Assembly: GCA_044347345.1 (NCBI GenBank)
Contig: JBIKUX010000036.1
Location: 1 to 16,435, forward strand
Source of the DNA: Bdellovibrionota bacterium
GTDB lineage: Bacteria; Bdellovibrionota_C; UBA2361; JBIKUX01
Reading direction: 5' to 3'
Length of the DNA stretch: 16,435 nt
Below the pieces are notes generated by a model, which worked only from the letters and a program-made list of their open reading frames with translations, searched no databases and was not told where the DNA came from. Position numbers and translations under genes: made by a program. Of this stretch, positions 16,420-16,435 are shown piece after piece; the first letter of the stretch is position 1, and every line of letters begins with the position of its first letter.

Positions 16420-16435
16420 AGGAGTTTGTAATATG
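16420..16435 (+). promoter_or_regulatory. RBS and start codon of the next gene (runs off window)
   Basis: AGGAG at 16420-16424, ATG at 16433-16435. Confidence 0.5.

Overview
Bacterial chromosomal window, fairly AT-rich; the lptFG genes suggest a Gram-negative organism. Left end: the 3' end of an IS3-family (IS407-like) element abuts the RBS of a Zn-dependent alcohol dehydrogenase gene. Next come a hairpin-rich intergenic region and a 5-copy, 48-49 bp GC-rich palindromic tandem repeat attached directly to the 3' end of tRNA-Gly(GCC). Core region: a small degenerate zinc-ribbon protein with an IF1/zeta-like N-terminal helix, a hypothetical protein, a SprT-like protein, rpsU with a 72-aa RGG-rich N-terminal extension, lptF-lptG, rplM-rpsI, a UbiB/ABC1 kinase and a priming glycosylphosphotransferase. 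Right end: a possible pseudo-receiver protein, a decayed IS3 element retaining both ends, and a DUF4956-VTC pair divergent from a secreted phytase-like protein and a HAD hydrolase. No CRISPR array, cas gene or integrase is seen. The best novelty candidates are the tRNA-linked repeat array, the IF1-like zinc-ribbon protein, the extended bS21 and the VTC/phytase-like phosphate module. All family assignments come from motifs recognised by eye; no searches were run.
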